From Victivallis vadensis (GTDB lineage: Bacteria > Verrucomicrobiota > Lentisphaeria > Victivallales > GWF2-50-93): a stretch of 42,176 bases of DNA. Below, piece by piece: positions 33,430-42,176 of the stretch. A program made the position numbers and the translations under genes. The notes beneath the pieces are model-generated. The model had not been told where the DNA came from. It saw only the letters and a program-made list of their open reading frames with translations, and ran no database searches. How positions within the stretch are numbered: the stretch's first letter is position 1; each line of letters starts with the position of its first letter. The stretch lies in contig DYRX01000002.1 of assembly GCA_020718525.1 (NCBI GenBank), positions 1 to 42,176 of the forward strand, in the 5' to 3' direction.

Positions 33430-35604
33430 CTATCGCAGACAGGTTCCGACGGCAGAGGAAGCTCCCAGATGACTTTGCCCTCGGAGAGGGTGCGCCTTCA
33501 TCTTCCATTTGCCTGGAAACTGCTCTTTTTTGGAGGATGCTTCTCCCTCGAGTGAAATCAAAGCGTTTTCAGCCATGGCAAGTCCGTAGAGAAATTGCGC
33601 GTCAGACTTCCAGAGGAGCATCGGATAGGTGAGAGGAGCGTCCCCCCTCATGCCAATGCCTTCGAAGGAAAGTCCCTTCTTCTTGTGGTTCTGCGCTTTT
33701 GGCGTCGGATAGTTCTCCTTCAGATACGCGCATGTCTTTTCGATTGACCAGCATTCGATTGAGCGCTGTTTTTTTCTGATGCATTCAGATGCGAAATATT
33801 TTCCATTCCATACCGGCGGATGCTGGCTTCTGGTCAGAATCAATTCAGGAAACTGAGGCGTGGAATTTGCAATTCTGCAGAATGCCCAGTCGTTGCCGCG
33901 CGCAGAATCTTTGATCCACTCGGACTGGGAGCTGTGTATGGGCGTGCCGCCGTGTATCAGCATCTCTTCGGAAAAGGCTCCGATATAGGATCCTCGGGGA
34001 ATGGGATCGTACGCATCCGCGCTCACATATGGAGCTAGGACAGTCTTTCCGTCCTCGAGCCTGTAGCCCACGGGATTGACTTTGTTCCCGGAAGCCATCC
34101 AAAGGACGCCTCCCGCGACTGTCAGCATTCCCGAAACTGTCGCCCCTTTGCGGCTGTCTTTGTCCACGATGTGCCCCGACTCGAAATTCTTCCACTTCAA
34201 AGCGCCGCTTTTCGCGTCAATGGCATAGACCCAGGTGCCGTCTCTGTCCACAAATCCAAAGGCGGCATAGGCTACCCCATTCTTCAGAAGGATTCCGGAT
34301 AGGCATGGCCAGGCCGACATGAGCTTCCCGTAAATGTGTATGCGGCGTTCGGCGGGTGCGCCTCGGAAACGCCAGACAAGCTCCCCGCTTCCGGCGTCAA
34401 TACAGTATGCATGTCCGTCTGAGGAGCCTGCATAAATTTTTCCATTGTCATAAGTGACTGACTGGCATATGCTTCCACCTGTGGGAAAGCTCCATTTCTC
34501 CTTGCCGTCCTTGAGATTCAGGCAGAGGACAATGCCATCGTCGCCTGCGAGGTAGATCGAATCGGCGACCTCAATGGACTGTGTCATGATCGCATCTTTT
34601 GAAAATTTTCCAGACCATCTTATCTTTGCTTCGGACGGGACGGACGCCCTAGACGCTCCAGTTCTTTCCTGAGAAGCTCCCGATGTCGGCCAGTCGAGAG
34701 GCGAAGCTGGAGGGGTGGCGGAGTCTCCTGACTTTCCTTTCTCAAGCAATCCGCCACTGTCGGCGAGTGGCTGGCTCAGAGGAGCAAGAATGTTGAATCC
34801 CCTAGTGAGATAGTTGCACCCACATGTGTATGGCGTGTTCCACAATTGTCCGTGCGCCACAAAGGAGTCCTGCCAGCAGCCGGATCTGTATGCGGCATCG
34901 GAAATCTTCAAATTCCCGATCCTGTCCCATTCCACGCCATGCCTTCCGCAGAAGACATTAGGGCTTGCAGTTATGGGACCGCATCCAGATACGCTCCACC
35001 CAAACTGCGAGGGGTCTTTTTTCTTCGGCGCCTGCTTTGCATGCAAGTCTGCAGAATCAAGCTTTCCAAGCCCTTCGACGTAAAGATCGCCGCCCTCGAA
35101 GATCGAGTTGAATCTCCTGCCCCCTGGAAGCGCACCAATCATTTTTCCGGTTTCCGCAGAAATAACGACAAGGTTTTTCCTGCCCTTTCCAGAAATGCTG
35201 AGAAGTCCCTTTCCAGCCAGCACGCATGGCTGAAGACTCCCAAGCGAAGAATGCCCAAAAGCGCCAGGGAGGCTGACCGCGTCAAGGAGTTCCTTGCTCT
35301 CGTTTTTCCATTTGACTTTCCCATTATCGGCATCGAGAGCTCCCGCATGCGAAGAGATGGCCAGATAGAAGACGTTCGAATCCCTAACGGCAATATAGCG
35401 AGCATCAAGATCGGAGCCGACATCGTGCTTCCATCTGATTTTTCCAGTCTGAGCGTCAAGGGCAATTATTGTCCTGCCAAGTCCCCAGACGCGCTTGAGC
35501 AAGGCGGGGGAGTCATTTCCTGCCGCAAGTCCTGCCGGTCTTTGGGTCAAGGAGAAGAATCCTGTCGTCATCAAGGAGATAGAAGCAGTTTTCCTCTGCA
35601 ACAT
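33430..35604 (-). CDS. PQQ-like beta-propeller repeat protein, central and C-terminal part; probably one gene with 35513..36397, split by frameshifts
   Basis: PQQ-type blade motifs repeat: LDAQTGKIRWKH, LDADNGKVKWKN, LKDGKEKWSF, AGSGELVWRF, AKSGALKWKN. The last blade continues in another frame down to the stop at 33351..33353. Confidence 0.8.
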   Translation of the reverse strand: MLQRKTASISLMTTGFFSLTQRPAGLAAGNDSPALLKRVWGLGRTIIALDAQTGKIRWKHDVGSDLDARYIAVRDSNVFYLAISSHAGALDADNGKVKWKNESKELLDAVSLPGAFGHSSLGSLQPCVLAGKGLLSISGKGRKNLVVISAETGKMIGALPGGRRFNSIFEGGDLYVEGLGKLDSADLHAKQAPKKKDPSQFGWSVSGCGPITASPNVFCGRHGVEWDRIGNLKISDAAYRSGCWQDSFVAHGQLWNTPYTCGCNYLTRGFNILAPLSQPLADSGGLLEKGKSGDSATPPASPLDWPTSGASQERTGASRASVPSEAKIRWSGKFSKDAIMTQSIEVADSIYLAGDDGIVLCLNLKDGKEKWSFPTGGSICQSVTYDNGKIYAGSSDGHAYCIDAGSGELVWRFRGAPAERRIHIYGKLMSAWPCLSGILLKNGVAYAAFGFVDRDGTWVYAIDAKSGALKWKNFESGHIVDKDSRKGATVSGMLTVAGGVLWMASGNKVNPVGYRLEDGKTVLAPYVSADAYDPIPRGSYIGAFSEEMLIHGGTPIHSSQSEWIKDSARGNDWAFCRIANSTPQFPELILTRSQHPPVWNGKYFASECIRKKQRSIECWSIEKTCAYLKENYPTPKAQNHKKKGLSFEGIGMRGDAPLTYPMLLWKSDAQFLYGLAMAENALISLEGEASSKKEQFPGKWKMKAHPLRGQSHLGASSAVGTCLR

Positions 35605-36397
35605 ATGCGGATCTTCCGACAGGCTGATATTCCTTTATTGGATGCGTCCAGTAGAGATGGCCGCTGAATGCGTTCCTGGCGCTTACCTGAAGCTCATCGG
35701 GCTCCAGATTTTTCTGGTCGACAGGGTTTGCATAGGCACTGCCCATTATGCTGTATGCTACGCCGCCACCGACAACGCTGATTGTCGGCTGTGGACTGCG
35801 CCATGGAAGAGCGGTCCACTGAACATAGGCAGGCCATCTGAAAACTGTGTCGGAAGAGACCGGATTATTGTCGCCAAGATGAAACCAATGGCTCCAGGAG
35901 TCCATTCCCTCCGGCAGGGGCTTTGTAGCCGCAAGCCAACCCTGTGGCGCATTCCGGAGAGGCTTGGCGGAAGTCCTTGAAAGCCAGTCGGGGTCTGCTC
36001 CCCTGGCAAAGAGAATACCGCCTGGAGTCAGCGCCCTGACGGCTTCTTCAGGCTTTACACGGGACGGGTTCTGAATTATGAGAAGGTCCGCATAGTGATC
36101 TGCAACAAGCAGTCCCTGCAGTTTTTCTGCGTATAGGGATTTGTTGAGCATATCGCCAGACTTCAGCCTCAGAGGAAGGACTGAATTGCCATCGTCAAGA
36201 AGCGCAAGGATCTCCCATCCTGGTCGTCTGGCAATATCCAGAGCAAATTCGGGGTTGTCCGCAACAACAGCGAAGCCACTCTTCAGATTGAGCAAGGACA
36301 GGAACTGCGACGCATCGGCATTTAGGTGGCATGTAGCTCCGCAGAGGGCAACGCATGCAGCAAAAACAAATAGGACAAGCGATTTATTGCAACGCAT
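35513..36397 (-). CDS. Exported N-terminal part of the PQQ-propeller protein (signal peptide plus a methyltransferase-fold-like domain plus the first blade)
   Basis: I chose ATG 36397 (AAAGGA upstream) over 36451. The signal peptide is MRCNKSLVLFVFAACVALCGA. LLVADHYADLLIIQNP...ALTPGGILF looks like a class-I methyltransferase fold. The ORF ends inside a blade (LLLDPKTGR) and overlaps the next ORF by 92 nt. Confidence 0.7.
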   Translation of the reverse strand: MRCNKSLVLFVFAACVALCGATCHLNADASQFLSLLNLKSGFAVVADNPEFALDIARRPGWEILALLDDGNSVLPLRLKSGDMLNKSLYAEKLQGLLVADHYADLLIIQNPSRVKPEEAVRALTPGGILFARGADPDWLSRTSAKPLRNAPQGWLAATKPLPEGMDSWSHWFHLGDNNPVSSDTVFRWPAYVQWTALPWRSPQPTISVVGGGVAYSIMGSAYANPVDQKNLEPDELQVSARNAFSGHLYWTHPIKEYQPVGRSAYVAEENCFYLLDDDRILLLDPKTGRTCGRK

Positions 36398-36408
36398 TCT
36401 AATTCCTT

Positions 36409-36813
36409 TCAGTTGGGGATTTTCCTTCTCCAGGGCTCGTCTGCAAAGCATCCGTTCGGCCCCGGCCCCCTTGCGACCAGCTTCATCCCATCGCGCAGAA
36501 TCATCTGCCCATGATCGCTGGCATATGCAATCAGAGTATTGTCAAGCTCCCCGATGTTTTCAAGCTCATCAATAACACGTCCCATCTGCTCGTCTATGGC
36601 TGAGACTGCCGCGTAGTAGTGTGGGACGGCTGATTTGAAATCCTCCTCCCGGCTCTTGCCAGGGGCACCGGATGGAAATCCATGATCCCGGGAAAATTCT
36701 TCACCAGGAATGTCAAAAAATGACGATTTCAAATATTTTGAGACCAGCCTTGGCGCATCTCCAGAGAACGGACCATGCGTGTCCGTGTAGCCGACATATA
36801 GGAAAAATTGCAT
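36409..36813 (-). pseudogene. Sulfatase gene remnant (internal roughly 120 aa only)
   Basis: FFLYVGYTDTHGPF and YYAAVSAIDEQMGRVIDELENIGELDNTLIAYASDHG are the conserved mid-region motifs of type I sulfatases. The N-terminal catalytic C/SxPxR region and the C-terminal half are absent. Confidence 0.75.
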
Positions 36814-36816
36814 CTT

Positions 36817-37485
36817 CTATTCATTCTTTTTCTTGTTGTCATCCTTGTCCTTGGCATCGTCCTTCTTTTCCTCGACTTTGATCGGGATTTTGTCTGACTC
36901 CTTGTAGAGCGAATCAATCTTATTCATTATCGAGGTCCGCGAATTGACAAACGCCTCGATTGATTCCAGATAGACTTTCAGTTCCTGGTTGAACTCGTTC
37001 CTGACCCTGAGGATATGCGGATATATGGCCTTCGCATCCGGAGAATCGGAAATCCAAAGCGAGTCGAATTTGTGCGGTTTAGGCGGGGCGCACTTGCCTT
37101 TTCCCTTTTTCTGCTTGCCCTGATCCTTTTTCTCGTTCTCCTTCGCTGTCTTTTTCCACTCGGCAAGCTTCTTGTTGTAGGCGTCGTCCTCGGCCAATGT
37201 CGCCTTGTCCTTTTCAAGCCTCGCCTCCGCCGCAACCAGACTTTTTCCATATCTTTCCAGGGCCTTCGAAATCCCCTCGAACTGCCTCCTGTAAAAATTG
37301 CCCATAGTGTCGTTCTTGGACAATATTTCGCCGAGAGGCAAGATTTTCTCTGACGCTATATCTGTTTTTGTTTCAGCCCCGACTCTGTTTGGCAGGGAGA
37401 TGAAAAGATAGACAACGCCAAGAGAGACTAGAAAGCTTTGCGGCACAGCAGTTCCGCCAACAAAGATTAAACTGCGGATTTTCAC
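36817..37485 (-). CDS. Hypothetical membrane-anchored/secreted coiled-coil, Lys-rich protein (222 aa)
   Basis: The N-terminal hydrophobic segment is LIFVGGTAVPQSFLVSLGVVYLFISL, the body is charged and helical, and the tail is KKDDAKDKDDNKKKNE. I recognise no family. Confidence 0.6.
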   Translation of the reverse strand: MKIRSLIFVGGTAVPQSFLVSLGVVYLFISLPNRVGAETKTDIASEKILPLGEILSKNDTMGNFYRRQFEGISKALERYGKSLVAAEARLEKDKATLAEDDAYNKKLAEWKKTAKENEKKDQGKQKKGKGKCAPPKPHKFDSLWISDSPDAKAIYPHILRVRNEFNQELKVYLESIEAFVNSRTSIMNKIDSLYKESDKIPIKVEEKKDDAKDKDDNKKKNE

Positions 37486-37545
37486 AATGACGAGCTTTCC
37501 TTTTCAGCGTCCGAGATAATGCCCAAGATGATCAAAGCATTGTTT

Positions 37546-38304
37546 TTAGGGCGTTCCTGTTCCTGCAAGCCATTCTCGCCTTGTGAAGTAAGGCTTGTTT
37601 GGGAATACGTTTATATCAGTATGCCCGTCCATGAATACCATATTGCCGCTCTTTCCATTTCCATGCCTCATTGCAAATCCTCCGACGGTCATGCGTCCAG
37701 TTTCATCCACATCATCTCCAGAACCTGCCTCGCCCATGCCCTGCCAGCCACTGTATCCGCCACCTGTCTCATACTGCATTGCGCCATCAAGCATGTATGG
37801 GACATCTGAAAGTGTCCTTACGGATGTTCCGCCTTGCTTAATTTTCAGATCCATATATGCCTCATAATTCAATCCATCGTACAGAACCTTCCTCACATCA
37901 ATTCCATAGCGCCAAGTCTCGGTTGGGAAATAACTGCCGTCACTCGACCTGACTCTCCCGTACAAGGCATGCTTGTATGTCCATTTCCAGTAAAAGTTAC
38001 CCTCGAAATATCTGAACGGACTTTTAGTGAAAGCTGGGCAAATTCTAATGTCGTCCTTGTAGTAATCGTCCCAGTCTATCATCCAATCATCCGGAGTGGA
38101 AGATTGAATGCAGTTCCAGTCAGAAAAATAATTCTGCATTCCTATGCCAATCTGCTTTAGATTGCTCTTGCATATGGCGTCTTTCGCCTGGTCTCTGGCA
38201 CGTTTAAGCGCAGGCAGAAGCAGTCCTGCCAGAATTGCGATTATCGCGATTACGACCAGCAGTTCGATCAGTGTGAAAAGCCCCCTTTTCCCCCGTTTGC
38301 TCAT
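37546..38304 (-). CDS. Prepilin-type N-terminal cleavage/methylation domain protein of the DUF1559 / H-X9-DG class
   Basis: The N-terminus reads [28 protein letters not shown] and the C-terminus has [17 protein letters not shown], an H-X(11)-DG variant. The ATG forms an ATGA overlap with the upstream regulator stop. Confidence 0.9.
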   Translation of the reverse strand: MSKRGKRGLFTLIELLVVIAIIAILAGLLLPALKRARDQAKDAICKSNLKQIGIGMQNYFSDWNCIQSSTPDDWMIDWDDYYKDDIRICPAFTKSPFRYFEGNFYWKWTYKHALYGRVRSSDGSYFPTETWRYGIDVRKVLYDGLNYEAYMDLKIKQGGTSVRTLSDVPYMLDGAMQYETGGGYSGWQGMGEAGSGDDVDETGRMTVGGFAMRHGNGKSGNMVFMDGHTDINVFPNKPYFTRREWLAGTGTP

Positions 38305-39200
38305 TTGAGTTTCCTTTGCTTTATTGATGATACTTTGCTTCTTTTAGGCGCTATGAGAATCATTTCAGAGTGCGACGAGTCGCCGTCCATTCTTGAAAAC
38401 AGTCTTTCGGCGGCGACTCCCATTATTTTTGGCCAGTCATGGGAGACAGGCGCAAAGGATTCTATCCCGTAATAGGCGCCCGGCGAATCCGGGACATGAT
38501 ATCCTTCGCCGACGCAGATGAGGGAAATATCGTCCGGAACCTGGATTCCCTCTCTAGCAAGGACAATGAATAGGCTGTGTGCAATAGGCTCCGAAACCGT
38601 GAAGACCGCATCGAAATGCGAATTTCGCAGAAGCCCGATAAGTCTTGCGGCATCGTCCTTGGGTGAAACCCAGTTCAGCTTTATTGTGAGCGTCTCTGAA
38701 GAGAGCCCTAGCTCTTTGGAGACTTTTATGAACGTTTCGGTCCTGATGCGGAAAGACATGTCTTCTATCTCAGTGGCGACGAAGAGAATTCTGCGGTGCC
38801 CGCTCTCGAAAAGGATTTTAACAGCTTCACGCACAGCGTAGACATTGTCGGTTGTAACAGTGTCGTAGCCCTCTTCCGAATGCAGTCCCGCACACACAAG
38901 AGGAACTTTTTCTTTTTTAACTGAAGATAGGAATCCCGAAGGGACTGGAACACCTGTCATCGCAAGTATTCCGCCAATTTCGGAAATTGGTAGACTCTCC
39001 TCCACTGGCCGTGAAAAGTCTTCGAGATAGAAGTGAGTTCCTATCCCCTGGGAAGACAGTTTCTCTGCCACCGTGTCAAAGATGTTTTTGCGGGAGGACG
39101 TTCCCATGAGGGCGGCAAGCCTGGGCTTTGCGATTTCATTCGTGGTCTGCACCTGCCAGCCTTTTCCGTTCAAAGGTCGCAGTATTCCCTCGCCGCTCAA
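38301..39200 (-). CDS. Periplasmic-binding-protein (LacI-type sugar-binding) effector domain of a GntR-type regulator; the HTH is split off by a frameshift
   Basis: The body has PBP type-1 character ([27 protein letters not shown]). The frame stays open upstream of the annotated TTG and reads [13 protein letters not shown], the second half of a GntR winged helix. Confidence 0.75.
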   Translation of the reverse strand: MSGEGILRPLNGKGWQVQTTNEIAKPRLAALMGTSSRKNIFDTVAEKLSSQGIGTHFYLEDFSRPVEESLPISEIGGILAMTGVPVPSGFLSSVKKEKVPLVCAGLHSEEGYDTVTTDNVYAVREAVKILFESGHRRILFVATEIEDMSFRIRTETFIKVSKELGLSSETLTIKLNWVSPKDDAARLIGLLRNSHFDAVFTVSEPIAHSLFIVLAREGIQVPDDISLICVGEGYHVPDSPGAYYGIESFAPVSHDWPKIMGVAAERLFSRMDGDSSHSEMILIAPKRSKVSSIKQRKLK

Positions 39201-39205
39201 ACGGG

Positions 39206-39358
39206 TCAGCGCGCACGGACTGGCGTTCTGCTCACCTTGAAGTGCTCAATAAGTCCGTTTTCGCTCGGAAGAAATGTCCCGGGCGGAAATGCGCCAGAGT
39301 TAATCCTCTCCCTCAGGCGCTCGTAGATCTCGTCCTTCACAAGGGTTCTTGCATTCAT
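39206..39358 (-). CDS. GntR-type winged-HTH N-terminal fragment (50 aa), belonging with 38301..39200
   Basis: My own translation gives MNARTLVKDEIYERLRERINSGAFPPGTFLPSENGLIEHFKVSRTPVRAR, then a stop. The expected continuation, [11 protein letters not shown], is in the adjacent frame. Confidence 0.75.
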   Translation of the reverse strand: MNARTLVKDEIYERLRERINSGAFPPGTFLPSENGLIEHFKVSRTPVRAR

Positions 39359-39666
39359 AAGCTATCACCTACCTTTATTCTACCTGTTTATACCTGTATT
39401 TTTGCACAAAAATAATGGAATGTCAAGGGGGATTGCAAAAAAAGATAATTCAGTAGAACGCAGTTTTACGTAGCTTCTTTGACATGTAAAAATCAAAGTG
39501 GCACTTTTTTAACAGCGGAGTGGCGGAGGGACGTAGCCTATGGCTTCAACCAGGCATGCAATACGCAGGCACCAAGTCCAATCGCAGTCCTTGAAAAAGG
39601 TCTTCTCGGAGCTATTGTCGCTCCCGTCAATGCTCTCGTGTGCATTCAAATAGGGAAGCGTTTAAA

Positions 39667-40680
39667 ATGGGGAAAATTACAAGGGAGGAAATTGCGAGAG
39701 CCGCCAAGGTTTCCCCCTCCACTGTTTCGCGTGCGCTTTCAGGAAACCCGTTGATTCCGGAAAAGACCGCCCTCAAAATTAGACGGCTTGCCCTGGAAAA
39801 AGGATATGTTCCGAATATTGCCGCAAGACGCCTCGTATCCAGAAAAAGCTGGCAGATCGGCTTTGCAATGGAATTTGACGGACAGAGGGTGCGCAGAGGG
39901 CCAATACAGATGGGATACTATTCCGGGATACTCGACGGAGTCATCTCCGCCGCCTCTCCGGAAGGATATTCTGTTTCGATTCAGCCATACGTAGCGGACA
40001 ATCTTGAATCTGCGATAAACTTCCTGAACATATTGGAATCTGGTGCAGTTGATGGATTTGTCTTTGCCGGACTGCGCCGCGAAAGTCCAATGCTCGAGCA
40101 TCTGAAATCGCATCAGGCTCCGATAGTCCTCATCGGGATGGCAAGCCAAGGACTTCCCTCCGTCGAACTCGACTACCTTTGCGCATACAGGGAAGCCTTT
40201 TCCTCCATCACCATCGGCCCCCGCCAGAGAATCATCTTTATTGAAGGCGACAAGTCCTTCAGCTATGCGATCAAACAGAGGAAGGCTCTCGAAATTGCAG
40301 TAAAAGAGTCTTCCATCAGAATTGCGAAGATTTTTTCTGGCGACTATTCGATGAGCTGTGGATATTCTCTTGCCCCTGAAATATTGAAATCTTCCCGGCG
40401 CGGTGACTGCGCAATATTCGCAAACGACAGAATGGCGGCAGGCTTTTACAGGCATTGCCATGAAAACAAGATCGAGATCCCAGCTAGGATCGGTGTTGTT
40501 GGATGCGACAAGGATCCGAGTTCCGAAGCTCTTTTTCCTCTCCTTTCCACCATTGTTCAACCTCGGCTCGAAATGGGGGCTTCGGCATTCAGGCTTCTGC
40601 TTTCCATTGTCAAAGGAAAAGGCTTGCCAAAGCAAATCATTTTGGAACAGAGATTTCTCAAAAGAGATTCCTCATGGTAG
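39667..40680 (+). CDS. LacI-family transcriptional regulator
   Basis: I chose ATG 39667 over 39640. The HTH reads ITREEIARAAKVSPSTVSRALSG...KIRRLALEKGYVPN, followed by a PBP type-1 domain. Confidence 0.9.
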   Translation: MGKITREEIARAAKVSPSTVSRALSGNPLIPEKTALKIRRLALEKGYVPNIAARRLVSRKSWQIGFAMEFDGQRVRRGPIQMGYYSGILDGVISAASPEGYSVSIQPYVADNLESAINFLNILESGAVDGFVFAGLRRESPMLEHLKSHQAPIVLIGMASQGLPSVELDYLCAYREAFSSITIGPRQRIIFIEGDKSFSYAIKQRKALEIAVKESSIRIAKIFSGDYSMSCGYSLAPEILKSSRRGDCAIFANDRMAAGFYRHCHENKIEIPARIGVVGCDKDPSSEALFPLLSTIVQPRLEMGASAFRLLLSIVKGKGLPKQIILEQRFLKRDSSW

Positions 40681-40805
40681 ATATCCACTGACTATATTGT
40701 TGAGCGAATATTTACATGTTTCTTTTAATAAGGTCTTCAATCTGTTTCTGCCTCCCTCTCTTATCTCTGACATTCCGCACTATTTTGAATCAAATGTCGG
40801 ACGAT

Positions 40806-42074
40806 TTATTTAATCCTCTTTTTTTTAATTGAATCTCTGTGTGAATTTTTAAAAGAGAACTTGTTGACGGGTGTGACCATTAAGAAGTTCGCTGTTAGGG
40901 TCGCATTTGTGCTTGGTGTTGCAGTTGTGGATGCCGACAGCTCATCGGCGAATACGACGGTGCCCTCACAAGTCCATTTATAGAATTTCCATCCATCTGC
41001 GGGAGTCGCATTGATTTCCACCAGCATTTGCGATGGAACGGTAATTGTTGCAGGTGCTGCGGTTCCTGCTTCCTGCGGAGAGACCTTCGTTGTCAATGTG
41101 ACGCTCTCAGGGATTTGTGTCAGGTATTTAGCGATGAAAATATCCGAAAACCCATTGCTGTTAGAAGGGATTAGGAAGCCCTCTCCAAAATAGTTAATGA
41201 TAGGAAAACGTCCACAGGAATAAAGATTTCCGGAGCTGTCAGCAGCTATATCAAATGGATACGCATTGCCTTTGTTTTCAGAAAACAAGCAGTTCCCGGA
41301 ACTGTCATATCCCATAAATATCATCCGATAGGTCGCAATGTAAATGCTCCCGCCGCTGGTTAACGCCATGGATTCGTTTCCGCTTTTACTTTTTTCGCTG
41401 ATGTCGCTCCAAGAGTATCTTGAAGCGGCGTTTTTGATTGCCCATTGGCATGAATCCTGGCTGTCATATTTCGCGAGGAAGGTGACAGAATGGACTGACG
41501 TGATGCTGATTCCGTTCCCGAAAACAACTGTTCCGTTAAGACATCCTTGCAGATAGAAATCCCCGGATACCTTGTCAAATTTCAGATTAAAAGCGGCATC
41601 ACTATACTTGCCACCAACATTCTTAGCCGACACGCAGGAGCCGGAAGGATCATATTTTGCATAGAAAGCATCGTATCCACCATTGCTTGTGAGTGTGATG
41701 TCGCCGAATGAGGATGCGGCGGAAAGGGATGTCCCGCAGATGAACGGATTGTCGGACTTGTCTAGATCAATGCCATAGCAGAAATCATCCTTCGATCCGC
41801 CAGCCTTTTTTGCCCAAGCACAAATGCCGGAGCTGTCATATTTCGCAATGAAAATATCGTATTCACCAGCACTTTCTAGGGAGGCGGCTCCGTCGAAAGT
41901 GATGGTTTTATTGAAGTGTCCTGCCACATAGAGATTCCCCGAGTCGTCAATCGCCTGTTGGAAGCAGTAGCAACTTGCTTTGTCGCCACCTGCTCTTCTT
42001 GCCCAAAGACATTTGCCGGATGAATCGAATTTCGCATTGAAGATATCGTATCCACCGATGGCCTCGATGGACAA
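40806..42074 (-). CDS. SBBP (beta-propeller) repeat protein with a C-terminal divergent InlB-B-repeat-like domain; the N-terminus continues in another frame to the window edge
   Basis: SBBP-style units repeat: GGYDIFNAKFDSSGKCLWARRAGG, GEYDIFIAKYDSSGICAWAKKAGG, GGYDAFYAKYDPSGSCV. The tail is VTLTTKVSPQEAGT...GWKFYKWTCEG. The annotated start is a TTG inside a repeat unit. Confidence 0.75.
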   Translation of the reverse strand: MSIEAIGGYDIFNAKFDSSGKCLWARRAGGDKASCYCFQQAIDDSGNLYVAGHFNKTITFDGAASLESAGEYDIFIAKYDSSGICAWAKKAGGSKDDFCYGIDLDKSDNPFICGTSLSAASSFGDITLTSNGGYDAFYAKYDPSGSCVSAKNVGGKYSDAAFNLKFDKVSGDFYLQGCLNGTVVFGNGISITSVHSVTFLAKYDSQDSCQWAIKNAASRYSWSDISEKSKSGNESMALTSGGSIYIATYRMIFMGYDSSGNCLFSENKGNAYPFDIAADSSGNLYSCGRFPIINYFGEGFLIPSNSNGFSDIFIAKYLTQIPESVTLTTKVSPQEAGTAAPATITVPSQMLVEINATPADGWKFYKWTCEGTVVFADELSASTTATPSTNATLTANFLMVTPVNKFSFKNSHRDSIKKKRIK

Positions 42075-42176
42075 GTCGCTTCTGAAATCCCGCCTACAAT
42101 CGAACCAGCCGCAAATAAATAACCTGATTCCGTGGAGGTCTTTTTAACCGCCACTTCTTTCCTTATTCTTCCGTGG

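Noticed and set aside
39499-39514. TGGCAC in the regulator intergenic region as a third sigma-54 promoter
   Set aside because: The positions where the -12 GC should fall read AC (TGGCACTTTTTTAAC), so there is no TTGC element at the required spacing.

Overview
This 42.2-kb window (roughly 50% GC by eye) has gene content that points to an anaerobic PVC-type bacterium (Lentisphaerota, Kiritimatiellota or Planctomycetota-like). That assignment is inferred from a DUF1559/prepilin gene, a sulfatase remnant, PQQ and SBBP propeller genes and a Bat/MoxR operon. I see four blocks.

(1) 1-4278 is a sigma-54 controlled Fe-S/NifX-like module. It holds two tandem DUF5320-type small genes that the ORF track missed, two NifB/NifX-like genes, an Mrp/NBP35-NifX fusion and a PAS-AAA+-Fis sigma-54 activator. 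Two sigma-54 promoters flank it, and each has the same palindrome placed exactly 119 bp upstream.

(2) 4279-5253 is a 975-bp non-coding, repeat-rich spacer.

(3) 5254-24067 is an uninterrupted 18.8-kb, nine-gene, same-strand, tightly packed operon. It is built on a Bat/MoxR core of a MoxR ATPase, DUF58, a BatA-N/VWA-like protein, a VWA/GATase-like protein, a DUF4175-like protein and DUF4159. Two orphan exported proteins precede the core. A 1566-aa exported fusion follows it, with the order thioredoxin(CPWC)-HEAT array-thioredoxin(CSDC)-DsbD/CcdA-like 6-TM domain. This operon, and above all its terminal fusion, is my best candidate for an undescribed envelope redox/assembly system.

(4) 24.2-42.2 kb is an accessory, glycan-utilisation-like region. 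It has a transglutaminase-like gene, a 784-aa unknown, insertion-sequence debris, an esterase, a GPH symporter with a 323-aa loop insertion and two regulators. Several minus-strand genes there look frameshifted or truncated.

I found no rRNA, tRNA or CRISPR array. All domain calls come from reading motifs in the translations, not from database searches.
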